DNA from: Promethearchaeota archaeon Loki_b31
Lineage (GTDB): Archaea > Asgardarchaeota > Lokiarchaeia > Sigyniarchaeales > SOKP01
Length of the DNA stretch: 60,636 bases
Assembly (NCBI GenBank): GCA_005222975.1
Contig: NJBI01000014.1
Location: 1-60,636 of the forward strand
Direction of reading: 5' to 3'
Below are positions 28,656 through 37,703 of the stretch, in pieces (the stretch's first letter is position 1; each line of letters starts with the position of its first letter). The position numbers and the translations under genes were made by a program. A model generated the notes under the pieces. The model had not been told where the DNA came from. It saw only the letters and a program-made list of their open reading frames with translations, and did not search any database.

Positions 28656-29699
28656 ATGTCTAGAGATTCCATCCTTTGCGTGTCGTATTTTGATAGTATT
28701 CTCGGACCAAATACGCTTTATTGTAATTACACGTTAAATACTAAAGAACATCCGGATTTAGGAAGAATTCTGGAATTTTCTGATGAAGAGGGAAGTTTTG
28801 TATTTACGTTCCGGAAATATCAAACGATAAATCACATTTTTTATATCGATTCAGAATACGCTCGAGGTGGAAAAGAGATGCTAATGATAACATATTTAAT
28901 TAGAGCTGCTTATTTTAAAGATGAAATTACTGATGTTTATAATTATTTGTTATCTAAAACTCCAGATCTCGAAATGTTTGCTTCTGAGCTTAAAGATTTT
29001 AATGGTCTTACAGAACTTCTTCACAGTCACAAAAATCGAACAAATCAAAAAAATACACTAAGCTTAGCTTCGAAAAAATTTAAAAAAGATTTCCTAAACA
29101 TTTTTAATGGGTATCTTGAAAAAATGACTCCACAAATAGGTATAACTTCTCATTTATTAGCTAAAGAAGATTTAAAGAAAGTTTACGTTTTTGGCCCCGA
29201 AAATGCAGGAAAGACCACTTTCGTAAAGAATTTAGAGGTTGTGCAATTCCTTCAATATAAGAACAACGCAATGAAAAGAGATTTAGCCAATAAAATTTAT
29301 GACTTTTTAATTGATAACATCGAGATCTTAACGTACGAATGTATTGAAGATGATATAAATGGAAAAATTGTAAAGCTATATGAAGATTGTTTTGATAATG
29401 CTCAAGGCTTCATTTTAATCTTTAACGCGTCCAATAAAGACTCGATCAAAGAAACTATCGAAATGTTTAGATTAGTCTTAAACAGATGCTTGGATAAGGG
29501 AGAATTTATGCCTGTACTCCTTATTGGTAACAAATTTCACGATAAAGAAGAAATAACTCCCGATTTGATTTATGAGAATTTTGACATGGATGAATTGGCG
29601 GAGTGTGGACTTCTTATCCAGTATTTCTCTATAAATGTTCTTAGCGAGAATGAAAAAATTATCGAAGCAATTCGCTGGTTGCTGAAAAAAATAATTTAG
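28656..29699 (+). CDS. Longin/uDENN-like domain fused to small GTPase domain
   Basis: N-terminal CVSYFDSILGP and ARGGKEMLMI; C-terminal GPENAGKTT, GFILIF and LIGNK. Confidence 0.75.
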   Translation: MSRDSILCVSYFDSILGPNTLYCNYTLNTKEHPDLGRILEFSDEEGSFVFTFRKYQTINHIFYIDSEYARGGKEMLMITYLIRAAYFKDEITDVYNYLLSKTPDLEMFASELKDFNGLTELLHSHKNRTNQKNTLSLASKKFKKDFLNIFNGYLEKMTPQIGITSHLLAKEDLKKVYVFGPENAGKTTFVKNLEVVQFLQYKNNAMKRDLANKIYDFLIDNIEILTYECIEDDINGKIVKLYEDCFDNAQGFILIFNASNKDSIKETIEMFRLVLNRCLDKGEFMPVLLIGNKFHDKEEITPDLIYENFDMDELAECGLLIQYFSINVLSENEKIIEAIRWLLKKII

Positions 29700-29757
29700 A
29701 TCTTCACTCGTTTTTAATACTTCAATAATATTAAAATTACCAATCTCTTAGCTTTTC

Positions 29758-30204
29758 TTATTTATAGGGTGATTTCCACTTTCTTAAATAAAGATCATAC
29801 TTTTTTAATAATCCTTTGGGATCCAATTGGCTCTCTTCCTGGATAGCCTTTAACGCTTCAAGAACGATCTCCGTTTGTAAAAGTTGAAATTCTTGGCTCT
29901 TTATGTCGCTCGTAGTAAGATATCGATTAGCTATTTCATTAGCTTTTAGTTTATCCATAGTGTTAATGTTATATATATCCATAAAATAACCAATTATGAA
30001 TGTGCTAAGCAATAGAATTGGAAACGCTAATATTAACATCCAAATTGTTATCTCAAAAGCTAAAGATATTAATGAAATCGCACTCACGCTGGATACAACA
30101 ATCGCGTAATAAGATTGACCTAATTTTAATCGAGATAATTGTCTACCGATAAAATGCGCACTCTTCACTCTTTTTACTACATTTGATTTTTTCAATCTTA
30201 ACAT
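29758..30204 (-). CDS. Hypothetical membrane protein (2 TM)
   Basis: Two hydrophobic segments in a 148-aa ORF. Confidence 0.65.
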   Translation of the reverse strand: MLRLKKSNVVKRVKSAHFIGRQLSRLKLGQSYYAIVVSSVSAISLISLAFEITIWMLILAFPILLLSTFIIGYFMDIYNINTMDKLKANEIANRYLTTSDIKSQEFQLLQTEIVLEALKAIQEESQLDPKGLLKKYDLYLRKWKSPYK

Positions 30205-30371
30205 ATAATCACATCCAAATACATTTTATTTGATATTATTTTACATTTTGATAATATAATATGATTTATAAAAAATCTTTAAGGGATTTTATCATTTCAA
30301 TATATTGAAAATTCTCAGAAATTTACCAAAATCTTTTTTTCCTTTAAATAGATACATACTAATATTTTCTT

Positions 30372-31028
30372 ATGAATGAAGATTGGTTTGATTATTATGA
30401 CCCCTTAAATGAGTCTTCCCTACTTGAGATTGAGGATGACTCTATATTTCTTGAATGGACTTTAATGGAAGGTTCTGAGAGAATAAATGAATTATCAAGA
30501 CAATTACATACATTTCTCAATTATAAATTTGCTTTAATTCGTCAAAGATATTCAAAGTCGCCGGCAAATAATAAAAAAACTAAAAATGATATGTATATAA
30601 AGTATAGTAAAGATCTTTCAGATTTAATCTCCGAATATTTACTTTTAATAAAAATAATTGGAGCAAGTGAGGATAATCTAGCACAAAAAATTCAAGATAT
30701 TATGCAGAAAGCGAAATTACATGCTAGTGATTTCGAAATTGAGATCTTAAAAAAGATTAAACTTCTAGGCGGTAGTATTTGGAAGGAAATCCATATACTT
30801 TCGGAAATTGAATATGATAATTCAATATTATTAAAAGTGGTATTTAAGACTGCAAAACTATTATGTAATGCTGAAAGTGCATTCTATTTCCCTTTTTCAA
30901 ATTTTTATAGGGAATTAGAAAAAAATTATTTAGAATTGGATTATGAGATTTCCAGTTTACTCTATACAAATATAGAAGAGCAATATGATGTAAAAAGTAG
31001 TCAACCAAAGGTGAAAATTCTAGAATGA
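30372..31028 (+). CDS. Hypothetical helical protein, translationally coupled to next gene
   Basis: 218-aa ORF with an ATGA overlap at 31025-31028. Confidence 0.65.
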   Translation: MNEDWFDYYDPLNESSLLEIEDDSIFLEWTLMEGSERINELSRQLHTFLNYKFALIRQRYSKSPANNKKTKNDMYIKYSKDLSDLISEYLLLIKIIGASEDNLAQKIQDIMQKAKLHASDFEIEILKKIKLLGGSIWKEIHILSEIEYDNSILLKVVFKTAKLLCNAESAFYFPFSNFYRELEKNYLELDYEISSLLYTNIEEQYDVKSSQPKVKILE

Positions 31029-33298
31029 CAATATATGGAAAACAAGATGCAAATAGAATAACGGTAAAAGAACGTCGAATCGCAATATGTCCTCATTTTG
31101 GATGTTCATATCTTAAAAAGGTAAAGCCCTTAAAATTTGGCATACTAGGACTTCATAAATATCCAAAATGCTCAAAACATGGATTACCACTTGTTTTTAT
31201 TGATGAATTTATTGGAAATTTTATCACCGCTGTAAACGCTTGTTTATATGATAAAGGAGGGCTTCCTCCAGAAAAATTAACAAGCATAATTAAGATTGTT
31301 TCACCAGATGATTTAAAATCCTTCATTAATGGTTGGATGCATTGTAACCCTATAGGAAGAGGTGCTCAACTTGTCTCTCAATATCTAGATGGTTTATCTA
31401 AAGCATATATGAAATTATTGAGCAGAAAACAAAAAAAGTCTCTTCAAAATAAACCTACTAATAAAAATAATCGTTATAAAATGCTACGCAAAGGTTTAAA
31501 TAGTATTTCAATCGAATATGCTAACTTTTTAAAAGAACTTCGCACTAAATCCAATACTTTTTATGAATTAAAAGAACTTCGCTCACTTTCTGGTATAACA
31601 AATGAATTTCTCAAAGCTTGGCTAAAAGATCAATTAAAAGATATTAAAAATCCAAAATTTGTAATGACTGAAGAATCTCTTAGGCTAAATGAATCACTTA
31701 CATTAGTTAAGCAGCATTACGATATGATTCTCCAATCTGGAACTTGTTTAACTCTGATGGGAAAACTTCCAAAGATAGTCAACAAAGTCATTCCTGCATT
31801 CGAATTATTTTCAGCCTATTACGAATTTTTGGAGTCAGGGTTATGTTCAGAAACAACCAATATTGATATTCAAAAAATTTTTGAAAAACAACAAGAGTCT
31901 TCAAATTTATTTAAAGCAGATTCTTTAGATCATAAACAAACTGACATTATATCACCCAAAATGTTTGGATTAGACAATAACAATTGTGAGAAAAGGTATA
32001 CTGCAAAGAACTTTATGGATGAAATTATGGAAGAATTAAATAATTATCCTAAAGAAATGTATGTTTTAAATCCTAGTAGGGTTAGAAGAGAACATAGTGG
32101 ATGCACATTAAAAGATATTTCAAAAATATGGGGACACTATGACGGATACATTTCAGAAAAACTAAGATATCATGAAGAAAACCCAAATTTTATACTTCCT
32201 AATAAGAACCTTAAGGAACTTAAGACAAACCTAAAAGAATGTTTTGGTAATAAAGCAAACCATTGTTATGGGTTAATTGATTCTCATGGTAGCGGGCATA
32301 TTTCATTTAATACACTTATTAAAAATCTTCAAATTGAAATAGGAAAATTTTCTAAAAATGTGAATACTACACTTGAGGATTTAGCTCTGATATTTGGTTA
32401 TGGATACGGAATGATGAGCTACATACGTCAGCATGATAAATACGTTTTATCAAAAGAAAGAATTAGTTTAATTAAAACTAACATTAAATTACTATTAGGA
32501 CCCAAAGCTAATAATTTTTTAAAGATTTGTGAAAAATATGTAAAAAAAAATCCAGATTTACCTGATTACGCGAATCAAAAATATACAATAACAAATCCAA
32601 ATTTATTCCATAATATCTATGAAAATAATGAAATAATGTACTGGTTTGGTTGGTTATGTTCAGATGGATGGGTTTCTCAGGCTGGCAATACTCACTATCA
32701 AATTCAACTTAAATTAAAAAGAGAAGATCGTATAATTGTAGAAAGATTCGCTAATGCGATAGGCTATGACCAAGAAAGGATTTTTGATGAAATTTATTTA
32801 GCAGAAAATGATAATGGAGAAATTAAACCGACTTATAGTTCAAGAGTCATGTTTGGTTGTAAACCAATGTGGTATGATTTAAAAAAACTTGGAATATTTG
32901 ATTTTAAAAATTCTGAAAAAGTTCCACGCATAATCAAACAACTTATAAATAAGGCAAAACTCAAGAGTCCTTTTGGTCAATTAATTTCTTCTAAAGAAGG
33001 TCGTTTGGCGTTAAATTTTCTTATGGGGTTTTATGATGGAGATGGAAATTATCGTGGAGGGATGTCTGCGAGAATTTTAAATACAAAGAAAACATTTCTC
33101 GAGGAAATTGTTGATTTATTTGATATCCCAAATAAAGTAAATATAAATTCTAAATATTCCATTGATAAAAAAACTTATAAAATTATCTGGAAAACAGGAT
33201 ACCAATTGCACCTAGGTACAGATTTATTTAATCAAATGTTACTTTCATATGAAAACAGTCTACAAAGAAAAAGACCAGAGAATTATAAAAAATTTTAA
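31025..33298 (+). CDS. Large multidomain protein: N-terminal Zn-finger, internal repeats, C-terminal double-motif LAGLIDADG endonuclease-like domain
   Basis: CPHFGC...CSKH at the N-terminus; YWFGWLCSDG and FLMGFYDGDG LAGLIDADG helices. Confidence 0.8.
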   Translation: MTIYGKQDANRITVKERRIAICPHFGCSYLKKVKPLKFGILGLHKYPKCSKHGLPLVFIDEFIGNFITAVNACLYDKGGLPPEKLTSIIKIVSPDDLKSFINGWMHCNPIGRGAQLVSQYLDGLSKAYMKLLSRKQKKSLQNKPTNKNNRYKMLRKGLNSISIEYANFLKELRTKSNTFYELKELRSLSGITNEFLKAWLKDQLKDIKNPKFVMTEESLRLNESLTLVKQHYDMILQSGTCLTLMGKLPKIVNKVIPAFELFSAYYEFLESGLCSETTNIDIQKIFEKQQESSNLFKADSLDHKQTDIISPKMFGLDNNNCEKRYTAKNFMDEIMEELNNYPKEMYVLNPSRVRREHSGCTLKDISKIWGHYDGYISEKLRYHEENPNFILPNKNLKELKTNLKECFGNKANHCYGLIDSHGSGHISFNTLIKNLQIEIGKFSKNVNTTLEDLALIFGYGYGMMSYIRQHDKYVLSKERISLIKTNIKLLLGPKANNFLKICEKYVKKNPDLPDYANQKYTITNPNLFHNIYENNEIMYWFGWLCSDGWVSQAGNTHYQIQLKLKREDRIIVERFANAIGYDQERIFDEIYLAENDNGEIKPTYSSRVMFGCKPMWYDLKKLGIFDFKNSEKVPRIIKQLINKAKLKSPFGQLISSKEGRLALNFLMGFYDGDGNYRGGMSARILNTKKTFLEEIVDLFDIPNKVNINSKYSIDKKTYKIIWKTGYQLHLGTDLFNQMLLSYENSLQRKRPENYKKF

Positions 33299-33418
33299 AA
33301 TTTCTTTATTATTTTCTTGATAAGGATTAAAATTATTTATAATTTAGAAATGAAAGTTTTTTTACTCTGTGTTTTTATAATAAAATTACTAACCAGTATA
33401 ATTATAAGGTAGATTAAT

Positions 33419-33715
33419 ATGTCAAAAATGCAAGTTCCAATAGTAATATCAAAAACTGATTGTCATAGATGTACAGAATTGAAAGAATGGCTTCACACGC
33501 ATGATGTTAATTATATAGAGCGTGATATAGACGACGAAGAATTCGTTCACAATCTACTACACGACGATAATTTTCTAAAAACTTTCTGTGACGCCGATGG
33601 GTGCATTGTAAATACGCCTGTTGTAATAATGAATGGAAAATATTGGTTCAAAGAACTCTGGGGCATTTCTGGTCTCAGAGAAAAAGAAGCTAAGAAATTA
33701 TTTGGAGTTAAATAA
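33419..33715 (+). CDS. Glutaredoxin-like protein
   Basis: SKTDCHRC and TPVVIMNG. Confidence 0.8.
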   Translation: MSKMQVPIVISKTDCHRCTELKEWLHTHDVNYIERDIDDEEFVHNLLHDDNFLKTFCDADGCIVNTPVVIMNGKYWFKELWGISGLREKEAKKLFGVK

Positions 33716-33762
33716 GTGTTTATTTTTTTAATTTTATTTTTTTAAATCCATAGCAGACTTTT

Positions 33763-34362
33763 TTATTTCTTAAGCTCTGCTAATCTTTTTATAACTTTTC
33801 TAATTGTCCTTAACCCTTCTTCATCGAGTTGAACGCCTTCCTTACCTTTATCTTTACTCCATAATGAAGCGCCCAAATTCGCTCCGAACGCGCCACCTGA
33901 TACGGAAACCATGTGATTTTGTTGGTAGAAATCTAGAATACTTCTTATCGCAATTTCTTGCCCCCCGCTTCGATCACCACCTACTGCGAGAGCTATACCA
34001 TATTTTCCTTTAAAAACATTCGGATTTTTGGCGACCAATCCACGACAACGATCTAATATTGTTTTTAATTGCCCTGAAAGATTTCCTTGAAATACGGGAG
34101 TGCCAAAAATTAAGTATTTTGCTTCTTCTAATTTAGGATAAAGGTCTTGAACGTCATCTTTATGAATGCATCCTTTTTTTTCTCTAACGCAATAATTGCA
34201 ATGTATACAAAATTTGATTTCTTTTCCCCTTACTGTCCAATACTCAGTGTCAAAACTAAATTTTTCTGCAGCATACTTTAGTGCGTACTGAACGGCAAAA
34301 TCTGTTCCTTGTTTTCTTGGGCTTCCACAGATTCCCAACAGTAGGTTCTTATTCTCCACCAT
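33763..34362 (-). CDS. Iron-sulfur flavoprotein (Isf)/flavodoxin family
   Basis: GSPRK, CIHCNYC-x6-C, GTPVF and GGQE. Confidence 0.9.
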   Translation of the reverse strand: MVENKNLLLGICGSPRKQGTDFAVQYALKYAAEKFSFDTEYWTVRGKEIKFCIHCNYCVREKKGCIHKDDVQDLYPKLEEAKYLIFGTPVFQGNLSGQLKTILDRCRGLVAKNPNVFKGKYGIALAVGGDRSGGQEIAIRSILDFYQQNHMVSVSGGAFGANLGASLWSKDKGKEGVQLDEEGLRTIRKVIKRLAELKK

Positions 34363-34444
34363 AATTAATATTACAAATTTCTTCCTTTATTTATTGTTAA
34401 TCATTTTTTTTCTAACAAATGTTTTAAATTCTACTTAACTACTA

Positions 34445-35104
34445 ATGACGATGGATTCACATAAATCGTGCTTAGCAAGAATCAAAATTAAATTTCCAGA
34501 TCAGATATGGATTTCGCACATTTTCAAGAAATTCCGTGAAATTCGAATGGAAATCGAATATTTTCTTCCATACGATTTTGAAAATTCGATTGGGAATTCT
34601 ATTATTGAAATTTTTCATTATAATATAGACTTATTAATAGATGAGGTTAAAAACCATAAATCTGTTTTTGATTTTAGCATTTTGGAAAAGGAAGAGAATC
34701 GAGTTAAGTTTAATGTAAAAACAAAGGATCCATTTTTATTAGATGCTATAATTAAATGTGGAGTGTTAGTTAATTTCCCCGTGCGAGTAAGAGACGGATA
34801 CGCCTTCTGGAGGCTTATATCGACTAGAGAAAGGATAGATGAGCTGTTAACTCTTTTTGAACAGAAATCGGTAAATTTTACTCTCCTTAAAATTGGTAAT
34901 TCTCCATATATTCTTGACGACAATAAAAATAAGTTAACTTTTAACGAATCCAATGTGTTGGACAAGGCAATATCCTCAGGATTTTTTGAAATACCTAGAA
35001 AAATATCTTTAGAACAGTTAGCTAACGAACTAGGAAAATCAAAGTCAGCTTTATCTGTTATGTTAAGAAAGATAATTAAAAAGAAAGTAATATTTGAAAC
35101 TTAA
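34445..35104 (+). CDS. Bacterio-opsin-activator-type (HTH_10) transcriptional regulator
   Basis: C-terminal LT..E..VL..A...GFFEIPRKISLEQLANELG. Confidence 0.88.
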   Translation: MTMDSHKSCLARIKIKFPDQIWISHIFKKFREIRMEIEYFLPYDFENSIGNSIIEIFHYNIDLLIDEVKNHKSVFDFSILEKEENRVKFNVKTKDPFLLDAIIKCGVLVNFPVRVRDGYAFWRLISTRERIDELLTLFEQKSVNFTLLKIGNSPYILDDNKNKLTFNESNVLDKAISSGFFEIPRKISLEQLANELGKSKSALSVMLRKIIKKKVIFET

Positions 35105-35154
35105 ACGAGAAACTCAATATTAGCAAAAAAAAGTTAAAAAAATAATAAATATAT

Positions 35155-35991
35155 TTATAACCATTCTTCCTTAAAAATGTCTCCTTCAACACTTACTATT
35201 ATATACTTTATCGGCACTTTTCTATTTGCTCTTTTTGCAGCCTCTTGAGCTAGCCCCAACAAACCACCACAACAAGGGATTTGCATTCTCATGATTGTTA
35301 GGGTGTTTATTTTTGCTTCATCAAACCAAGATCTAATCTTTTCGATGTAAATTTCTCTGCCTTGGTCGAGTTTAGGACAAGCTATCGCTATAGAACATCC
35401 CTTTAAATATTTGTTATGGTATTCACCAAGAGCATAAGCAACGCAGTCAGCCGTAAGTATCACATCTGCTCCTTGAAAGTAGGGGGCTGCTGGATTTATT
35501 AAATGCATTTGAATGGGCCACTGTCTTAATGCGGAGGGGGCTTTTCCGGTGATAACGGTCTGTTCCTCAAGATCGTTAAATACCATTGTTTCTCCAGAAG
35601 CACAACTGCATACATGATTTTCAAGTGTTATTTCGGAATCTTCTTGAGTAGAAGCGCAGCCGCATTGGTGGGAATGTTCAGCAACAATTTGCTTCGCTTG
35701 ATTTAATTTTTCCTCCTCTTTTTCTGACAAAGATTCTAAATGTCTGTCAACTTCTTCTTCGTCGAATTCTAACGCTTCTCTTTCAATAATCTCAAGAGCC
35801 CCTTCAGGGCAGTCTCTTATGCAAGCACCCAAGCCATCGCAAAAAACCTCGTTTACAACTTTAGCTTTTCCGTCTATTATTTCTAAGGCACCCTCTGCGC
35901 AACCTATAACACATTGTCCACATCCAGTACACAAGTCCTCATCAATTTTAATTATTTTTCTTAAAATTCTTTGATGTTCTGTTTCAGTCAT
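35155..35991 (-). CDS. 4Fe-4S binding protein (ferredoxin + Cys-rich C-terminal domain)
   Basis: CTGCGQCVIGC, CDGLGAC..CP, LRQWPIQ, ADC, ACPKLD and PCC. Confidence 0.88.
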   Translation of the reverse strand: MTETEHQRILRKIIKIDEDLCTGCGQCVIGCAEGALEIIDGKAKVVNEVFCDGLGACIRDCPEGALEIIEREALEFDEEEVDRHLESLSEKEEEKLNQAKQIVAEHSHQCGCASTQEDSEITLENHVCSCASGETMVFNDLEEQTVITGKAPSALRQWPIQMHLINPAAPYFQGADVILTADCVAYALGEYHNKYLKGCSIAIACPKLDQGREIYIEKIRSWFDEAKINTLTIMRMQIPCCGGLLGLAQEAAKRANRKVPIKYIIVSVEGDIFKEEWL

Positions 35992-36110
35992 AATTAGCTA
36001 AAATGTAAAATGAAATATAATTTTGAATTCGAACATGTTCATTAATGGTAATTCTGCTGTTAATATTCATAATAAAAACTTTAAAATAAGATCACAAAAC
36101 TAGTTAACTT

Positions 36111-37454
36111 ATGAAAGTTGTCATATTGGGAAATAATGTTGCTGGAACTTTTTCTGCTCAAAACATTAGATTTCTCAACAATGAAGTAGAAATTGAGATT
36201 TTTACTCAAGAAACTTACCCTTATTATTCGAGAGTACATCTTCCAGAATTAATTCCCGGGAATATTAAAACCGAAGATTTAATTGTTTTCGACGAAGAAT
36301 GGTACAAAAACAAAGATTTGAAGTTATATTTGAATAAAAAAGCAGTGAACATCGATCCAAAGAATAAAACTATCCTTTTTGAGAAGGATGGTGAACCAGT
36401 ACTATATGATAAACTGATCCTTGCTTTAGGAAGCACTCCAAATATTCCACCTATTAAAAATGCAAGAGAAATGAAGGATGATAATAAAGGAGTTTTCACT
36501 TTACGGACTATAGACGACGCATTAAAGATCAGAGATTATATTGAAAAATTTGCTGTAAAGAAAGCTATTGTAATTGGAGGGGGTCTTTTAGGTTTAGAAT
36601 TAGCAAGTCAGATCAACGATTGTAACTTAGATACGACCGTTGTCGAATTTTTCCCCCGACTGTTACCAAGACAACTAGATGAAGAATGCGGTACAATGCT
36701 AAAAGGTGAGATTGAAAGCAGAGGAATTAAAGTAATATTAAACGCCACAACTGAAGAAATTTTAGGAGATGGAATGGTGAATAGCATAAAATTAAAAGAT
36801 GGAAGAAGGTTTGATTCTGATATAGTGTTAATTCAAGCGGGGATTCGACCTATTATAGATTTGGCAAAAAAAGCTGATATTAAAACGGATCGAGGGATAA
36901 TTATTAACGAATTTTTAGAAACAAGCGAAAAAGATATTTACGCCGTTGGAGATTGCGTGCAATATAAAGACCAAATCTGGGGAATAATACCCGCTTGTAT
37001 GGAACAATCGAAAATTGTAGCCGCTTCAGTTCTTGAATTGAAAAAAGTTGAATACGAAGGAACTACGCCTAAAAATACTCTTAAAATTGTAGGGTTAGAA
37101 TTAACTTCGATTGGCACTATTGACCCTAAGAAAGAAGAAGGGGCTGGGTGGGAAATCTTAAAAAAATCTGATAAAAAAGATTGTTGCTATCAAAAATTTG
37201 TGCTGAAAGATAATAAACTCAAAGGAGCAATTCTGTTTGGCGATAATAAAGCAATTTCTTACGTTTACAAAAAGATGGAACAAGATGTAGATAAGGAAGA
37301 ACTCCGAAAGTTGCTTGAATTATATATTTACGAGTGCTCTAACTGCGGCGCAGAATACGACGAATCTAAAATGGATGTTCTTTTTAAAAATTTGCCAAAA
37401 GATTGGAGATGTCCAAACTGTAAAAACCCAAAAGAAGGGTTTAAAAAGATATAA
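36111..37454 (+). CDS. NAD(P)H:rubredoxin oxidoreductase-like flavoprotein with C-terminal rubredoxin domain
   Basis: GGGLLGLE and YAVGDC, with C-terminal YECSNCG...LPKDWRCPNC. Confidence 0.9.
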   Translation: MKVVILGNNVAGTFSAQNIRFLNNEVEIEIFTQETYPYYSRVHLPELIPGNIKTEDLIVFDEEWYKNKDLKLYLNKKAVNIDPKNKTILFEKDGEPVLYDKLILALGSTPNIPPIKNAREMKDDNKGVFTLRTIDDALKIRDYIEKFAVKKAIVIGGGLLGLELASQINDCNLDTTVVEFFPRLLPRQLDEECGTMLKGEIESRGIKVILNATTEEILGDGMVNSIKLKDGRRFDSDIVLIQAGIRPIIDLAKKADIKTDRGIIINEFLETSEKDIYAVGDCVQYKDQIWGIIPACMEQSKIVAASVLELKKVEYEGTTPKNTLKIVGLELTSIGTIDPKKEEGAGWEILKKSDKKDCCYQKFVLKDNKLKGAILFGDNKAISYVYKKMEQDVDKEELRKLLELYIYECSNCGAEYDESKMDVLFKNLPKDWRCPNCKNPKEGFKKI

Positions 37455-37472
37455 ATCGCTTAGGGTGAGAAA

Positions 37473-37619
37473 ATGTCAATTTATCGATGTCCAAAATGCA
37501 ATTTTTTATATGTAGACGACGAACAAAATGTGTACTTCGAAGAATTAGATGATGATTACAGTTGTCCTCGTTGTAGTTGTTCAAAAAAAATGTTTATCAA
37601 AAAAGACCTTCCAAAATAA
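37473..37619 (+). CDS. Rubredoxin (48 aa; not in ORF track)
   Basis: MSIYRCPKCNFLY...FEELDDDYSCPRC, with SD GGGTGA. Confidence 0.88.
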   Translation: MSIYRCPKCNFLYVDDEQNVYFEELDDDYSCPRCSCSKKMFIKKDLPK

Positions 37620-37703
37620 ATTTTAATAGAATCTGCTTTTACTAAAATTTATAAATAAAAAATTAAAAATAAGATACAAAAAAATATATAAAATATCTGA
37701 GTT

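Noticed and set aside
31025-33298. Intein or intron-encoded endonuclease
   Set aside because: No Hint-domain splice motifs (terminal HN) and no recognisable host gene or intron structure.
21917-37619. Selenoproteins or SECIS elements in the redox clusters
   Set aside because: All active-site positions I examined are ordinary Cys codons, and I saw no in-frame TGA at a CxxC.
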